64,000 bases of DNA from a candidate division FCPU426 bacterium. Its GTDB lineage: Bacteria > Oederibacteriota > JAAXVQ01 > JAUVAV01. The position numbers were made by a program, and so were the translations under genes. Position 1 is the stretch's first letter. Every line of letters begins with the position of its first letter. The stretch spans positions 158,526 through 222,525 of the forward strand of contig JBFLYH010000002.1 of assembly GCA_040756875.1 (NCBI GenBank). Reading direction: 5' to 3'. The notes below the pieces were generated by a model. That model did no database searches, was not told the DNA's origin, and saw only the letters and a list, made by a program, of their open reading frames with translations. Shown piece by piece: positions 46,787 to 57,419 of the stretch.

Positions 46787-47845
46787 TTAAACCAGCTTTA
46801 CTTCCCTCTTCCCCTTCCCGATCTCGCCGATCACGTACGCTTTTTCCTTGTTCTGCTTGAGGAGCTTGAGGGCGAGCGGGGCCTGGGATTTGGACACGAT
46901 CGCGACCATGCCGATGCCCATGTTGAAGGTGCGGTACATGGTGGGTTCAGGCAGCTTGGCTTTTTGGGCCATAAAAGAAAAGACCGGCAAAACGGGCCAG
47001 CTGCCTTTGCGGATGACCGCGCCAGTGCCCTGAGGCAGGATGCGCGGGATGTTTTCCAGGAATCCGCCGCCTGTAATGTGCGCCAGGCCTTTGACCGCGG
47101 CTTTTTTCAGCAGCGGCCACACGGCCGGCAGGTAGGATTTGTGCACGGCCATGAGTGCCTCGGTCACGGAGAGGCCCAGCTCGGGGATCACGGTCTTGGG
47201 CGTGAGCATGAGGTCCGAGAAAAAGATCTTCCGCGCCAGGGAATAGCCGTTGGTGTGCAGGCCCGTGGAAGGCAGGCCGATGATCACGTCGCCGGGCTTG
47301 ATGGATTTGCCGTCGATCACCCGGCTGCGGTCCACGGCGCCGACAATGGTGCCGGCCAAGTCAAAATCCTCATCCTTGTACAGCCCGGGCATTTCCGCGG
47401 TTTCGCCGCCCAGGAGCGCGCACTTGTTTTCGCGGCAGGCCTGGGCCAGGCCCTTGACCACCTGCTCCACCACCTTGGGATCGAGCTTGCCCGTGGCGAA
47501 ATAATCGAGGAAGAACAGCGGCCGGGCGCCCTGCACCAGTATGTCGTTCACGCAGTGGTTGACCAGGTCCTGGCCGATGGTGTCGTAGCGGCCGATCGCG
47601 GCGGCGATCATGATTTTGGTGCCTACGCCGTCCGTGGAAGCCACCAGCACGGGCTGTTTGAACCCTCCCGGCAGCTTGAACAGGCCGCCGAACGAACCCA
47701 CGTCGGCCAGCACCTCGGGGGTGCGCGTGGAATGCACGTGCGCCTTGATGCGTCGCACGGTCTCGTTGCCCGCGTCGATGTTCACGCCGGCCGCGGCATA
47801 GGCGTCTGGAACAGGGGCTGGTTTGCGGGGGGGATTTTTTCTCAT
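46787..47845 (-). CDS. purM: Phosphoribosylformylglycinamidine cyclo-ligase
   Basis: YAAAGV, TDGVGTK, GGETAEMPG, GLHTNG, HITGGG, TFNMGIG. Confidence 0.97.
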   Translation of the reverse strand: MRKNPPRKPAPVPDAYAAAGVNIDAGNETVRRIKAHVHSTRTPEVLADVGSFGGLFKLPGGFKQPVLVASTDGVGTKIMIAAAIGRYDTIGQDLVNHCVNDILVQGARPLFFLDYFATGKLDPKVVEQVVKGLAQACRENKCALLGGETAEMPGLYKDEDFDLAGTIVGAVDRSRVIDGKSIKPGDVIIGLPSTGLHTNGYSLARKIFFSDLMLTPKTVIPELGLSVTEALMAVHKSYLPAVWPLLKKAAVKGLAHITGGGFLENIPRILPQGTGAVIRKGSWPVLPVFSFMAQKAKLPEPTMYRTFNMGIGMVAIVSKSQAPLALKLLKQNKEKAYVIGEIGKGKREVKLV

Positions 47846-49293
47846 CGCCGGCTGAAACGCTCCTTGGACACTTCTTTTTCCTGAATGCCCTGGTTCGACC
47901 GCTCGGCGCGCTGGCCGAAATCCACGGGATAGTCGCCGGTAAAGCAGGCCTGGCAGAACTTGCGCTGCTGGTCCGGCATGGCGGCCAGCATGCCCTCTTT
48001 GGACAGGTAGGCCACGGTGTCCACGCGCAGGTAGGTGGCGATCTCCTCCATGGTGTGGGTGGCGGCGATCAGCTCCTGGCGCGTGGGAAAATCCATGCCG
48101 TAGAAGCAGGGGTGCGTGACCGGCGGCGAGGACAGGCGCAGGTGCACCTCCGCGGCGCCGGCTTGGCGCAGCATTTTGACGATCTTGCGGGAGGTGGTGC
48201 CGCGCACCAGCGAGTCGTCGATCACGATCACGCGCTTGCCCTTGACCGCCTCGCGCACCACGTTGAACTTGAGTTTGACGCCGAAGTCACGGATGTTCTG
48301 CGAGGGCTCGATGAAGGTCCGGCCCACGTAGTGGTTGCGGATGAGCGCCATCTCGAAGGGCAGGTTGGACTCCTGGGCGAAGCCGATGGCCGCGCACACG
48401 CCCGAGTCCGGCACCGGCACCACGATGTCCGCCTGGACCTTGTTCTCCCGGGCCAGCATCTGCCCCAGGCGCTTGCGCGCCTCCCAGCAGGAGTCGCCGA
48501 AGATCCGCGAGTCCGGCCGGCTGAAATAAATGTGCTCGAAGATGCAGAGCGCGCCGGAGGTGGGCACGGCGCTGAAGCGGTGGGACTGCAGGCCGTGCTT
48601 GTCGCACCACACGATTTCGCCCGGCTCCACGTCGCGCAGGTATTCGGCGCCGATCAGGTCGAAGGCGCAGGTCTCGGAGGCGAACACGTACCCTTCCTGC
48701 ATGCGGCCGATGGCCAGGGGCCGGAAGCCGTAGGGGTCGCGGATGGCCACCACCGCGTCGTCGCGCAGCAGCAGGTACGAATACGCGCCCTGCAGCTGGC
48801 GCAGGCTGGTGGTGAGCGCGGTCAGGAAATCGTTCTCCGGCTCGTGGGCCAGCAGGTGGATCAGGGCTTCGGAATCGGACGAGGTCTGGAAGATCGCGCC
48901 CTTGGCCACCAGCTCCCTGCGGACAGTGTCCGCGTTGACCAGGTTGCCGTTGTGCGCCAGGGCCAGGTTGCCGCGCCGGTACTCGACCACCAGGGGCTGG
49001 GCGTTTTTCTCCACCGACGGGCCGGTGGTGGAATAGCGCGCGTGTCCGATGGCCGCGCTGCCGTCCAGAGTCTGGAGCTTGGTTTCGTTGAACACGTCGG
49101 CCACCAGGCCCGCGCCGCGCACGGACATGAGGCCCTGCTGGCCGCTGGACACGATGCCCGCGCCCTCCTGGCCGCGGTGCTGGAGCGCGTGCAGCATGAG
49201 GTACACCAGGTTGGCGGCCTCGGTCAGTCCGAACACAGCCGCAATGCCGCAGGCCTCCCGGGGATGACTATCATTATACATTTCCTTGAACAT
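47842..49293 (-). CDS. purF: Amidophosphoribosyltransferase
   Basis: REA/CG N-terminal nucleophile, [26 protein letters not shown]. Confidence 0.97.
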   Translation of the reverse strand: MFKEMYNDSHPREACGIAAVFGLTEAANLVYLMLHALQHRGQEGAGIVSSGQQGLMSVRGAGLVADVFNETKLQTLDGSAAIGHARYSTTGPSVEKNAQPLVVEYRRGNLALAHNGNLVNADTVRRELVAKGAIFQTSSDSEALIHLLAHEPENDFLTALTTSLRQLQGAYSYLLLRDDAVVAIRDPYGFRPLAIGRMQEGYVFASETCAFDLIGAEYLRDVEPGEIVWCDKHGLQSHRFSAVPTSGALCIFEHIYFSRPDSRIFGDSCWEARKRLGQMLARENKVQADIVVPVPDSGVCAAIGFAQESNLPFEMALIRNHYVGRTFIEPSQNIRDFGVKLKFNVVREAVKGKRVIVIDDSLVRGTTSRKIVKMLRQAGAAEVHLRLSSPPVTHPCFYGMDFPTRQELIAATHTMEEIATYLRVDTVAYLSKEGMLAAMPDQQRKFCQACFTGDYPVDFGQRAERSNQGIQEKEVSKERFSRR

Positions 49294-51583
49294 ATGGCTT
49301 CAACCCTCCCTCCCAGGCGCGATACAAGGCCCGCACGCTTTCCCTGAGGATTTTTTCCCCCCGGCAGTTCCTGACCAGCAGCTGGTCACCGCCCACTGTG
49401 CCGGCCTGACGGCAGGGCACCTGGTGCTGTTGGCAGAGCGACTTCAGTTTGGGCCAGTCCGGCGGCGCGATGGAGACCACGGCCCGCGACTGCGATTCGG
49501 AAAACAAGAGGCTGAAATAATGCAGAGGCTCGGCGCACTGCACTTCGGCGCCCAGGCCCGGGTGCCCCAGAGGCTGGCCCAGGAAGGTGCTTTCCGCCAG
49601 GGCCACGGCCAACCCGCCTTCCGAGCAGTCCTGCGCCGAGCGCAGCCACTTTTTGCGCGCCGCGGCCACCAGCACTTTTTGCAGGGCCGCCTCGCGCCGC
49701 AGGTCCAGCTTCGGCGGCTTGCCGGCCTTGACGCCCTGGCACTCGTACAGCCAGGCCGAGCCGCCCAGCTCGTCGTAGGTGGCGCCCAGCACGACCACCA
49801 GGTCGCCTTCGGACTTGAACCAGGGCGTGACCATGAGGTCCAGGTGCTCGAGCAGGCCCACCACGCCGACCACGGGCGCGGGGTCCACGGCGCCCGAGGG
49901 GCTTTCGTTGTAAAAGCTCACGTTGCCGCCCGTGACCGGCAGATTCAGGGCGCGGCAGGTCTCGGCCATGCCTGTGACCGCCTGCTTGAACTGCCAGAAA
50001 ATTTCCGGGTCCATGGGGTTGCCGAAGTTGAGGCAGTCGGTCACGCCGATGGGCTCGGCGCCTGTGACCGCCACGTTGCGGCTCGCCTCGGCCACCGCGA
50101 TCCTGCCGCCCATGCGCGGGTCCAGGTACACGTAGCGGCTGTTGCCGTCCGTGGACACGGCCACGGCCTTGTCCGTGTGCTTCATGCGCAGCACGGCCGC
50201 GCCCGCGCCGGGCAGGAGCACGGTGTTGGTGCGCACCATGTGGTCGTACTGCTCCCACACGTAGCGCTTGGAGCACAGGTTCGGGCTGGCCAGCAGGTGC
50301 GAGAGCGCCGCCGCGGGCCGGTGCTTGGGCCGCAGGGCCGCGGCCGGAAGGCGCTGCGCGCGGTCCAGGTACTTGGGCCGGCGCGTAGGCCGGATGTACG
50401 TGGGATAGCCGGGATACTTGGTGTCCGCCAGCGCGCCGGCCGGCACTTCGGCCACCAGGCGGCCGTGATGGCGCACGCGCACGACGCCGTCCGAGGTGAC
50501 CCGGCCGATGTCCGCGGCGTGGAGGTTCCATTTTTTGAGGATCTGCCTGACCTTGGCCTCGTGCCCGGGCCGGGCCACGAGCAGCATGCGCTCCTGGGAT
50601 TCGGAGAGCAGGATTTCGTACGGCACCATGCCCTCCTCGCGCTGGGGCACGGCCGCCACGTCGATCTCGATGCCGGTCCTGCCCCGGGCCGCCATTTCGC
50701 TGGTGGAGCAAGTGAGCCCCGCGGCGCCCATGTCCTGGATGCCGACCAGGTGTTTGCCCCGGATGAGCTCGAGCGTGGCTTCCAGCAGCAGCTTTTCCAT
50801 GAAGGGGTCGGCCACCTGCACCGCGCTGCGCCGCTCCTCGGCCTCGGCCGAAAGCTCGTCCGAGGCGAAGGTGGCGCCGTGGATGCCGTCGCGGCCCGTG
50901 GTGGCGCCGATGTAAAACACGCGGTTGCCCACGCCGGTCGCGCGGCCGAGCGCGAGTTCCTCGCGCTTCATGAAGCCCACGGCCATGACGTTGACCAGGC
51001 AGTTGTCCAGGTAGGTGTCGTCGAACGCCACTTCCCCGCCCACCGTGGGCACGCCGATGCAGTTGCCGTAGCCCGCGATGCCGGAGACCACGCCGGCGAA
51101 CAGGTGGCGCGCCTTGGCGTGCCGCAGGCGGCCGAAGCGCAGGGAGTCAAGGCACGCGACCGGGCGCGCGCCCATGGTGAACACGTCGCGCAGGATGCCG
51201 CCCACGCCCGTGGCCGCGCCCTGGTAGGGCTCGATGGCGCTCGGGTGGTTGTGCGACTCCACCTTGAAGCACACGGCCCGGCCGTCGCCCACGTCCAGCA
51301 CACCCGCGTTTTCGCCCGGGCCCTGGATGACGCGCGGGCCCGTGGTCGGGAACAGCTTGAGCACGGGCCGGGAGTTCTTGTACGAGCAGTGCTCGGACCA
51401 CATGACCGAGAACATGCCCAGTTCGGTGTAAGTGGGCGTGCGGCCCAGGATCTTTTGGATGGTGGCGTACTCGCGGGGCGTGAGCCCGTGCTCTTTCACG
51501 ACCTGCGGCGTGATGGCCGGGTCGTGCGGCAGGGGCGCGGGGCCCTGGGAGGCGGTCTTGGTCTTACGGGTGCTGCGTTTCAT
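49274..51583 (-). CDS. purL: FGAM synthase subunit PurL (small form)
   Basis: [37 protein letters not shown]. Confidence 0.97.
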   Translation of the reverse strand: MKRSTRKTKTASQGPAPLPHDPAITPQVVKEHGLTPREYATIQKILGRTPTYTELGMFSVMWSEHCSYKNSRPVLKLFPTTGPRVIQGPGENAGVLDVGDGRAVCFKVESHNHPSAIEPYQGAATGVGGILRDVFTMGARPVACLDSLRFGRLRHAKARHLFAGVVSGIAGYGNCIGVPTVGGEVAFDDTYLDNCLVNVMAVGFMKREELALGRATGVGNRVFYIGATTGRDGIHGATFASDELSAEAEERRSAVQVADPFMEKLLLEATLELIRGKHLVGIQDMGAAGLTCSTSEMAARGRTGIEIDVAAVPQREEGMVPYEILLSESQERMLLVARPGHEAKVRQILKKWNLHAADIGRVTSDGVVRVRHHGRLVAEVPAGALADTKYPGYPTYIRPTRRPKYLDRAQRLPAAALRPKHRPAAALSHLLASPNLCSKRYVWEQYDHMVRTNTVLLPGAGAAVLRMKHTDKAVAVSTDGNSRYVYLDPRMGGRIAVAEASRNVAVTGAEPIGVTDCLNFGNPMDPEIFWQFKQAVTGMAETCRALNLPVTGGNVSFYNESPSGAVDPAPVVGVVGLLEHLDLMVTPWFKSEGDLVVVLGATYDELGGSAWLYECQGVKAGKPPKLDLRREAALQKVLVAAARKKWLRSAQDCSEGGLAVALAESTFLGQPLGHPGLGAEVQCAEPLHYFSLLFSESQSRAVVSIAPPDWPKLKSLCQQHQVPCRQAGTVGGDQLLVRNCRGEKILRESVRALYRAWEGGLKPYVQGNV

Positions 51584-51586
51584 GCT

Positions 51587-52291
51587 TCACCTGCTCTGGC
51601 GGCTGAACCGCAGGGCCAGCAACGTGCGGATGGCGGTCAAACCGTCGGTCCAGCGGATTTTTTTGCCTTCCAAAACGGAACGGGGAGAGTAGGAAATCGG
51701 GACTTCCAGGATGGGAATTCCCTGCCTCAGCAGCCTGGCCGTGACTTCGGGGCAGAACTCGAAACCGTCCCCGGACAGCGGCAGGCCGCGCAAAACGTCG
51801 CTGCGAAATACCTTGTACCCCGTGGCAACGTCGGTCATTCTAGCACCGTAGAGCAGGCGGGTCAACCAGGATAAAAAACGGCCGCCCCAGTAGTACGCGG
51901 GCGCGGACACGCCGAAACGCCGCCCTGCGCGCTTGCCCAGCAAGCGCGACCCGTACACCACCTGGGCGCGGCCCTCCTGGAAGGGCGCGAGCAGGGCCGG
52001 ATAGTCCGTGGGGTCGTATTCCAGGTCCGCGTCCTGGATCAGGATCACGTCGCCCGTGGCCTGGGCCAGGCCGGCCCGGAGGGCCGAGCCCTTGCCCCGG
52101 CCGGGCGACAGCCGCACCAGCTTGACGCCCGGGACCGCCGCGGCCAGCTCGGCCGTGGCGTCGGTCGAGCCGTCGTCAATGACGATGATCTCGCCCTCGA
52201 TGAATTCGAACTCCGCCTGCACGCGCCGCAGCAGCTCCACGATCGTAGCCTGCTCGTTGCGCGCGGGGATGAGCACGGACACTCTTATCAC
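51587..52291 (-). CDS. GT2 glycosyltransferase (polyprenol-phosphate glycosyltransferase/DPM synthase-like)
   Basis: IPARNE, DDGSTD, GKG, QDADLEY.P, VYGSR, EVPISY.PR...GKKI; GTGA overlap. Confidence 0.9.
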   Translation of the reverse strand: MIRVSVLIPARNEQATIVELLRRVQAEFEFIEGEIIVIDDGSTDATAELAAAVPGVKLVRLSPGRGKGSALRAGLAQATGDVILIQDADLEYDPTDYPALLAPFQEGRAQVVYGSRLLGKRAGRRFGVSAPAYYWGGRFLSWLTRLLYGARMTDVATGYKVFRSDVLRGLPLSGDGFEFCPEVTARLLRQGIPILEVPISYSPRSVLEGKKIRWTDGLTAIRTLLALRFSRQSR

Positions 52292-53214
52292 GCGTTCCGC
52301 TCCTTCCGTGCCAGCAAGTGCAGCTTGTCGTACGGGTTGACGTACACCACACTGGCCTCCTGCCCCAGCCAACGAGCCAGCGCGGCAGCCAGGCGGCTGG
52401 CCCCGTACAGGACGCCGTCGCCGGGCTTGAAGCGAGAAAACGCGAATTGCAGGCTGGCGTATTTGCCCTCGTAGCGGCCGGCTTTCACCTGCAGGCCCAG
52501 GTCCGCCAGCAGGCGCCTGAGCTGTCGGCCGGTGAAATAGTGCAGGTGCTCCCTGGGCTTTTTGAACTCCTCCCAGGCCGGGCCCAGGAAGCGGGCCAGC
52601 CAGGAGCCCGCGTCCGGAATGATCAGGGACAGCCAGCCGCCCGGGTTCAGGAGCCTGGCCCACTGCTCCAGTTCGGCGCGCGGGTTCAGCGAATGCTCCA
52701 GGTAGTCCCAGGCTGTGACGCAGTCCAGGCTCCCTGGCGGCAGGCGCAGGTCTTCCAGCCGGGCCGCGATCCGGCCGCGGACTTCCGGGGGCGCGGACTG
52801 CCGGGCGTGTTCAGACCACTCCACGCCCCAGACGTCCTTCCAGCCCGCGGTCCGCGCCGTATCCAGCAGAAAGCCGCTGGCGCAGCCCATGTCCAGCAAA
52901 TTCCCCTTGGCGGGCAGCACGCGCCCCAGCCAGCGCCAGCGGCGCCTGAAGGTGCGGCGGATGTTGGCCTCGTCGCCCGCGTAGTCGAAGTACCCGCGCT
53001 GCACGGAATCCGCGCTCTTCCAGTAGGCCGGGCCATAATACGCTTGCAAAGCGCCCACGGTCAAGCGCGGCGACACCCGCAGCACGCGGCAGGCCGGGCA
53101 GCGGACAATGGCAAAACCCTCGGTGGTGAACGCCGGCTCGCCGGGCTCGGCTGAGCCGCAGGCGCCGCACGCCGCCGCTTCAAGGGGTTCGTCAGCTACA
53201 GGCTTGGCAATCAT
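52288..53214 (-). CDS. Class I SAM-dependent methyltransferase with N-terminal CxxC..CxxC
   Basis: LLDMGCASG motif I, GVE, LEH, L.PGG, EHL.YF. Confidence 0.88.
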   Translation of the reverse strand: MIAKPVADEPLEAAACGACGSAEPGEPAFTTEGFAIVRCPACRVLRVSPRLTVGALQAYYGPAYWKSADSVQRGYFDYAGDEANIRRTFRRRWRWLGRVLPAKGNLLDMGCASGFLLDTARTAGWKDVWGVEWSEHARQSAPPEVRGRIAARLEDLRLPPGSLDCVTAWDYLEHSLNPRAELEQWARLLNPGGWLSLIIPDAGSWLARFLGPAWEEFKKPREHLHYFTGRQLRRLLADLGLQVKAGRYEGKYASLQFAFSRFKPGDGVLYGASRLAAALARWLGQEASVVYVNPYDKLHLLARKERNA

Positions 53215-53265
53215 GCACTCAGCCTTTCCTTTCTTTTCCTCTCTTTTCCTTGCTCTGCTTTTTAA

Positions 53266-53407
53266 TACGGCTGGCAGCGCCGGTTTTTCAAGGCGTGCCG
53301 AAAAACCCGTTCAAATGATGCGGGTCGAGCGGCCTGGGCAAACCCTGGCCGCGCTTTGCAGACGCCATCGGCGTTCACGACTTGAAAAACCGGCGCCGCC
53401 AGCCGTA
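53266..53407. mobile_element. MITE-like element with 27-bp terminal inverted repeats
   Basis: TACGGCTGGCAGCGCCGGTTTTTCAAG ... CTTGAAAAACCGGCGCCGCCAGCCGTA (1 mismatch), next to a TAA stop. Confidence 0.75.
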
Positions 53408-53408
53408 A

Positions 53409-55919
53409 TTACTTCCCTTCCAACCGCTCCAGGTTTTCCCTGGCCGCGGCCAGGTCCGGCTGCATGTCCAGGGCCTGGCGGAAACAGCGCTTGGCTGCCT
53501 CCGGGTCGTTGTGCCGCAGATACAGCACGCCCAGGTTGTTGTACGAACCCGCGTCCAGGTCCAGCAGGCGGTCAGCTTGCTGATAATAGGCGAACGCCTG
53601 TTCCTGCTGCCCGGTCTGCAGGCTGAGCCAGCCCAGGTCCGCGTACGGCTTGCCCCAGTCCGGCGCCATTTCAGTCAGTTTCTGCCAGCGGACCCGCACG
53701 CCTTCGTAGTCGCCCTTTTGCAGCACGGCCAGGGCCTGCTGGTAGCCCCACATCAGTTTCCCCACCAGCTCCGGGTCAAAGGTGAACAGCGGCTTGCCGG
53801 CTTTGACCGGCCGGCTCAGGTCCGGCTGCTCGCGCACGCTAAACAGCCGCAACTGGCCATAGGCGCTGGTTTCGCGCCAATAGCGGGCCGCGAGTTCCTG
53901 CCAGCGCTGCACAGCCGCGTCGTTCCAGCGGTAGGGTTCGTAACCGCGCGTGCGCGCGGCCTCGGCCTCGTGCACCAGCACGTGGGTGTAGCCTTCCTGC
54001 TTCAGCCGCCGCCAGACCGTTTCCGCCGAATCCGCGGCGGCGATCCATTCCAAGAGCGGATTGTAGTCGTACACCGTGGCCGCGGTCACCGGCCGCTCGA
54101 AATAATAGGAACGCGTCTCCCCGAAAATCAGCACGCGGCTTTCCGGCGGCAGGGCGTTCACCTGCCGGGCCATGGGCGCGTAGGTGTTCATGAGCCGCCG
54201 GTCCAGGTACGCCCAGCGCGGCTCCCGGCCCAGCAGCACGCCGAAGGGATCGTAATTCGGGAGGCAGATGCCCAGGGTGACGCCGAAGCTCCAAATCCAG
54301 AAGCCCAGCACGCCGGCCAGTCCCAACATGCCCAGCACGCGGTGCCGCGCCTGCCAGCGGCTCAGGACCACGCCCGCCAGCACGGCCAACACCGGAAACA
54401 CGGGAATCAGGTAGCGCGTAATCTGCGTCTGGCTGCTCCACGCCAGCACGGCCAGCAGGGCCGTGGCCAGGAAGCACCACAGCCCTGGCGGCCCCCGGCG
54501 GCCGGCCCAGGCCAGGATCAGGAGGCCGGGCAGGATGAACAAAAACGTCTGGCCGATGTAGGAATTGCTGGTGGGCTGGTAAAAGGTCAGGTCCCACGGC
54601 TGCCGCAGGTATTGCACCCAGGTGCGCCGGCCGTACTCCTTGAAGCCGTCCATCTGCTGCTGCATTTTTTCCGGGTGCAGGTGGCGGCTGGGCAGCCAGC
54701 GGTACAGGAAAGGATACACCGGGTTGCCGGTATAGACCGCGCTCTTGGCCATCCACGGCAGCACCAGGATGGCGGCCGCCGCGCCGGTCATCAGCGCGGC
54801 CCGCAGGAGCCGGGGCCAGGCCCGGCCCTGGCGCCAGGCGATGAACAGCCCGGACAGCACGGCCGGGGCCAGCAGGAAAACCGAATTGTACTTCACGCCC
54901 AGGGCCGCGCCCATGAGCAGGCCCGCGACCAGCAGGCCGGGCCGCGATTCCGCCTCAGGCGCTTCGGGGCCCAGGGCCCAGGCCCAAAAGCGGTTCACGC
55001 CCAGCACCAGGAAGAACACGGCCGCCACGTCCACGCCTGAAACCAGCTGGTTCATCACCACCACCGGGATGGCCAGGAAGAGCCCCATGGCCCACAGCCC
55101 GACCCAGCGGCCGAACCAGCGCCGGCCCAGGCTAAAGGTGGCCAGGCCGGCCAGCCAGCCCAGGGCCGCGTGCAGCAGGCGGCACAGGCTCTCGTCCGAG
55201 AGCAGGAGGCTGCCGGCGTAGAGCACTTCCATGCCCATGGGAAAATTGGAGAAGAAATTGTAAGGCAGGAGCGCGAACCCGTGCCGCTGGATCCAGGCTT
55301 CGGGCACGGCCAGGTGGTACACCAGGGAGTCGAAAAAGACTTCGGGCGTGAGGGCCATGGCCGCGACAAAGAGGCCGAAGAGGGCGACGACCATTGCCAC
55401 TCCCCTCTCGGCCCAGCCCGGCCTGCCCAGGAGCCAGCCCGGACGGGGCTGCCAGCGGCTGCGCTCGCGCCATGCAAGCCACGCGCCCCAGGCCGCGGCC
55501 GGAAGCAGCAGGCAGGCCATCAGCCAGGAATAATACAGCCCCAGCGCGCCCAGGATGAACAGCAGCAGCATCCACGCGGCCAAGCCCAGGCCGAGGCTTT
55601 CCAGCGCCTCCTCCAGGCGGGGCGCCGGAACGGGCAGCAGCCGCCTGAGGGGCAGTCCGACGCCCCAGGCCGCGGCCAGCCAGGCCAGAGCCAGGAAAAT
55701 ATTTTTCAACAGCACCAGCAGGTGCGGGCCTGCCAGGGACCAGGCCAGGGGCCCGAAGCGGTCGAGCTGGAAAACCGGAAGCCAGGCGTGGAGATACGTC
55801 GGATGCACGCGGAAGGTATAGTACGCCAGCACGGCCAGCCAGGCGGCCAGGAGCAGGGTCAGGAGGAGGGGAAACGGTTGTTGTTTGCCGGGGCTGACAG
55901 GAGTAGGCTTGCGGGTCAC
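53409..55919 (-). CDS. GT-C fold (ArnT/PMT-like) polytopic glycosyltransferase with C-terminal TPR repeats
   Basis: Many TM helices; P...FDSL.YHL, GNPVYP, RYL.P motifs; YNNLG..Y...A...F..AL...P TPRs. Confidence 0.78.
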   Translation of the reverse strand: MTRKPTPVSPGKQQPFPLLLTLLLAAWLAVLAYYTFRVHPTYLHAWLPVFQLDRFGPLAWSLAGPHLLVLLKNIFLALAWLAAAWGVGLPLRRLLPVPAPRLEEALESLGLGLAAWMLLLFILGALGLYYSWLMACLLLPAAAWGAWLAWRERSRWQPRPGWLLGRPGWAERGVAMVVALFGLFVAAMALTPEVFFDSLVYHLAVPEAWIQRHGFALLPYNFFSNFPMGMEVLYAGSLLLSDESLCRLLHAALGWLAGLATFSLGRRWFGRWVGLWAMGLFLAIPVVVMNQLVSGVDVAAVFFLVLGVNRFWAWALGPEAPEAESRPGLLVAGLLMGAALGVKYNSVFLLAPAVLSGLFIAWRQGRAWPRLLRAALMTGAAAAILVLPWMAKSAVYTGNPVYPFLYRWLPSRHLHPEKMQQQMDGFKEYGRRTWVQYLRQPWDLTFYQPTSNSYIGQTFLFILPGLLILAWAGRRGPPGLWCFLATALLAVLAWSSQTQITRYLIPVFPVLAVLAGVVLSRWQARHRVLGMLGLAGVLGFWIWSFGVTLGICLPNYDPFGVLLGREPRWAYLDRRLMNTYAPMARQVNALPPESRVLIFGETRSYYFERPVTAATVYDYNPLLEWIAAADSAETVWRRLKQEGYTHVLVHEAEAARTRGYEPYRWNDAAVQRWQELAARYWRETSAYGQLRLFSVREQPDLSRPVKAGKPLFTFDPELVGKLMWGYQQALAVLQKGDYEGVRVRWQKLTEMAPDWGKPYADLGWLSLQTGQQEQAFAYYQQADRLLDLDAGSYNNLGVLYLRHNDPEAAKRCFRQALDMQPDLAAARENLERLEGK

Positions 55920-55986
55920 GGACGTTTTGACCTCGCAGGCAGGACGCTCGGCATATAAAGCGGCGCGTGGCGATTCAGTATAAACA

Positions 55987-56116
55987 TTCCTTTCCCCTGG
56001 TGGGAGAGGAAGAAGGCGAGGGGGAATTTATATAAATGCAAATCTTTTGCCCCCTCCCCTAACCCCTCTCCCAAGACCCCTGGGACCTAGGGGCCGCCAT
56101 TACCTGGGGAGGGGAA
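55987..56116. repeat. CCCTCTCCC..GGGAGAGGG palindromic repeat family (also ~44423-44487, ~45900-45945, ~57276-57393, ~61220-61248)
   Basis: Recurring intergenic CCCTCTCCC / GGG(A/C)GAGGG hairpins. Confidence 0.7.
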
Positions 56117-56133
56117 TATTTTGTGGAGTGGTC

Positions 56134-56229
56134 CCCCGGACTAAAGTCCGGGGCTCCCTCCCTCCGCATAAAATCCTGCAAATCCTCTCCCCGGGCTGAA
56201 GCCCGGGGATTCCTGCGGAGGGATTAAAA
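56134..56229. mobile_element. IS200/IS605-like end remnant (two hairpins, no transposase)
   Basis: CCCCGGACTAAAGTCCGGGG and CCCCGGGCTGAAGCCCGGGG hairpins followed by TGCGGAGGGATTAAAA. Confidence 0.6.
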
Positions 56230-56235
56230 CGCTCC

Positions 56236-56937
56236 TCATCCCAATACCGCAGCGGCTTCAGCCAGCAGCGAACGGAACAGTTCCCGGCCGTCCGTGGAGC
56301 CCATGGCCGGTTCCATGCAGCGTTCGGGATGCGGCATCATGCCCACCACGTTGCCCGCGGTGTTGCAGATGCCGGCGATGTGGTCCAGGGAGCCGTTGGG
56401 GTTGTGCGCGGGCCCAGTCTCGCCGTCCGGACCGCAGTAGCGGAAGAGGATCTGGTTGTTGGCCCGCAGGCGCTCCAGCGTGCCGGGGTCGCAGAAGTAA
56501 TTGCCCTCGCCGTGCGCCACCGGAATCCTCAGCACCTGGCCCTCGGCCAGGGCGCGGGTGAAGGGCGAGCGCCGCGATTCCACGCGCAGGTGCACGTAGC
56601 GGCAGACGAAATGCAGGTCGCGGTTGCGGAGCATGGCGCCGGGCAGCAGCCCGGCTTCGAGCAGGATCTGAAAGCCGTTGCAGATGCCGATCAGCGGCCG
56701 GCCGCGCTCTGCGTGGCGCCGCACCGCGGCCATGACCGGCGAAAAGCGCGCGATGGCGCCGGTGCGCAGGTAGTCGCCGTAGGAGAAGCCGCCGGGCAGG
56801 ATCACGCAGTCCACGTCCGGCAGCGAACGCTCGCCGTGCCAGATGAAGCGCGCGGGCTGCCCCAGCACGTCGCGGACCGCGGCGTAGCAGTCGTGGTCGC
56901 AGTTGCTGCCCGGGAACACGACAATGCCGAATTTCAC
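56236..56937 (-). CDS. purQ: FGAM synthase glutaminase subunit
   Basis: [37 protein letters not shown]. Confidence 0.97.
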   Translation of the reverse strand: MKFGIVVFPGSNCDHDCYAAVRDVLGQPARFIWHGERSLPDVDCVILPGGFSYGDYLRTGAIARFSPVMAAVRRHAERGRPLIGICNGFQILLEAGLLPGAMLRNRDLHFVCRYVHLRVESRRSPFTRALAEGQVLRIPVAHGEGNYFCDPGTLERLRANNQILFRYCGPDGETGPAHNPNGSLDHIAGICNTAGNVVGMMPHPERCMEPAMGSTDGRELFRSLLAEAAAVLG

Positions 56938-57224
56938 GGTTTGGCCTCCCGGCCGCGGTCTTCGGCCACGGTCAGCCGGTACTGCTCGATGACCGGGTTG
57001 ACCAGCAGCTTGTCGCACATGCGGCGGGCCTGCTGCTCCACGGCTTTGCGGCTCAGGCGGCCGCGAAACGTTAGCTGCAGGTACTTGCCCAGCCGCGCGG
57101 CGGTCAGGTCCGCGTAGCCCATGGACTCCAGGGCGCGCTGCACGGTGGCGCCCTGGGGGTCGAGGACGCTGGGCTTCAGGGTGACCAACACGTCGACCTT
57201 CCAAGCTTTGCGGGTTGCGGGCAT
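56934..57224 (-). CDS. purS: FGAM synthase subunit PurS
   Basis: [21 protein letters not shown]. Confidence 0.95.
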   Translation of the reverse strand: MPATRKAWKVDVLVTLKPSVLDPQGATVQRALESMGYADLTAARLGKYLQLTFRGRLSRKAVEQQARRMCDKLLVNPVIEQYRLTVAEDRGREAKP

Positions 57225-57419
57225 TATATCTTCTCCTTGACGTTCTTGTGTCTCTTGCGCAGGACGATTCCTATTCCCCTCTCCCTTTTCAATTGATAGG
57301 GAGAGGACGGGGGTGAGGGTGAATCAATCCCGTTTGCATGATTAAATTGGCCCCCTCACCCGCACCCTCTCCCCGCTGTTGCGGGGCGAGGGGAAAGTCG
57401 GTGAGGGTGGGTATAAACC

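Noticed and set aside
49286-51874. Long plus-strand ORFs opposite pur genes and other antisense ORFs (e.g. 10128-11975, 8640-10022, 29774-31708)
   Set aside because: Shadow frames expected from high-GC codon bias, with no recognisable motifs and full overlap with well-supported genes.
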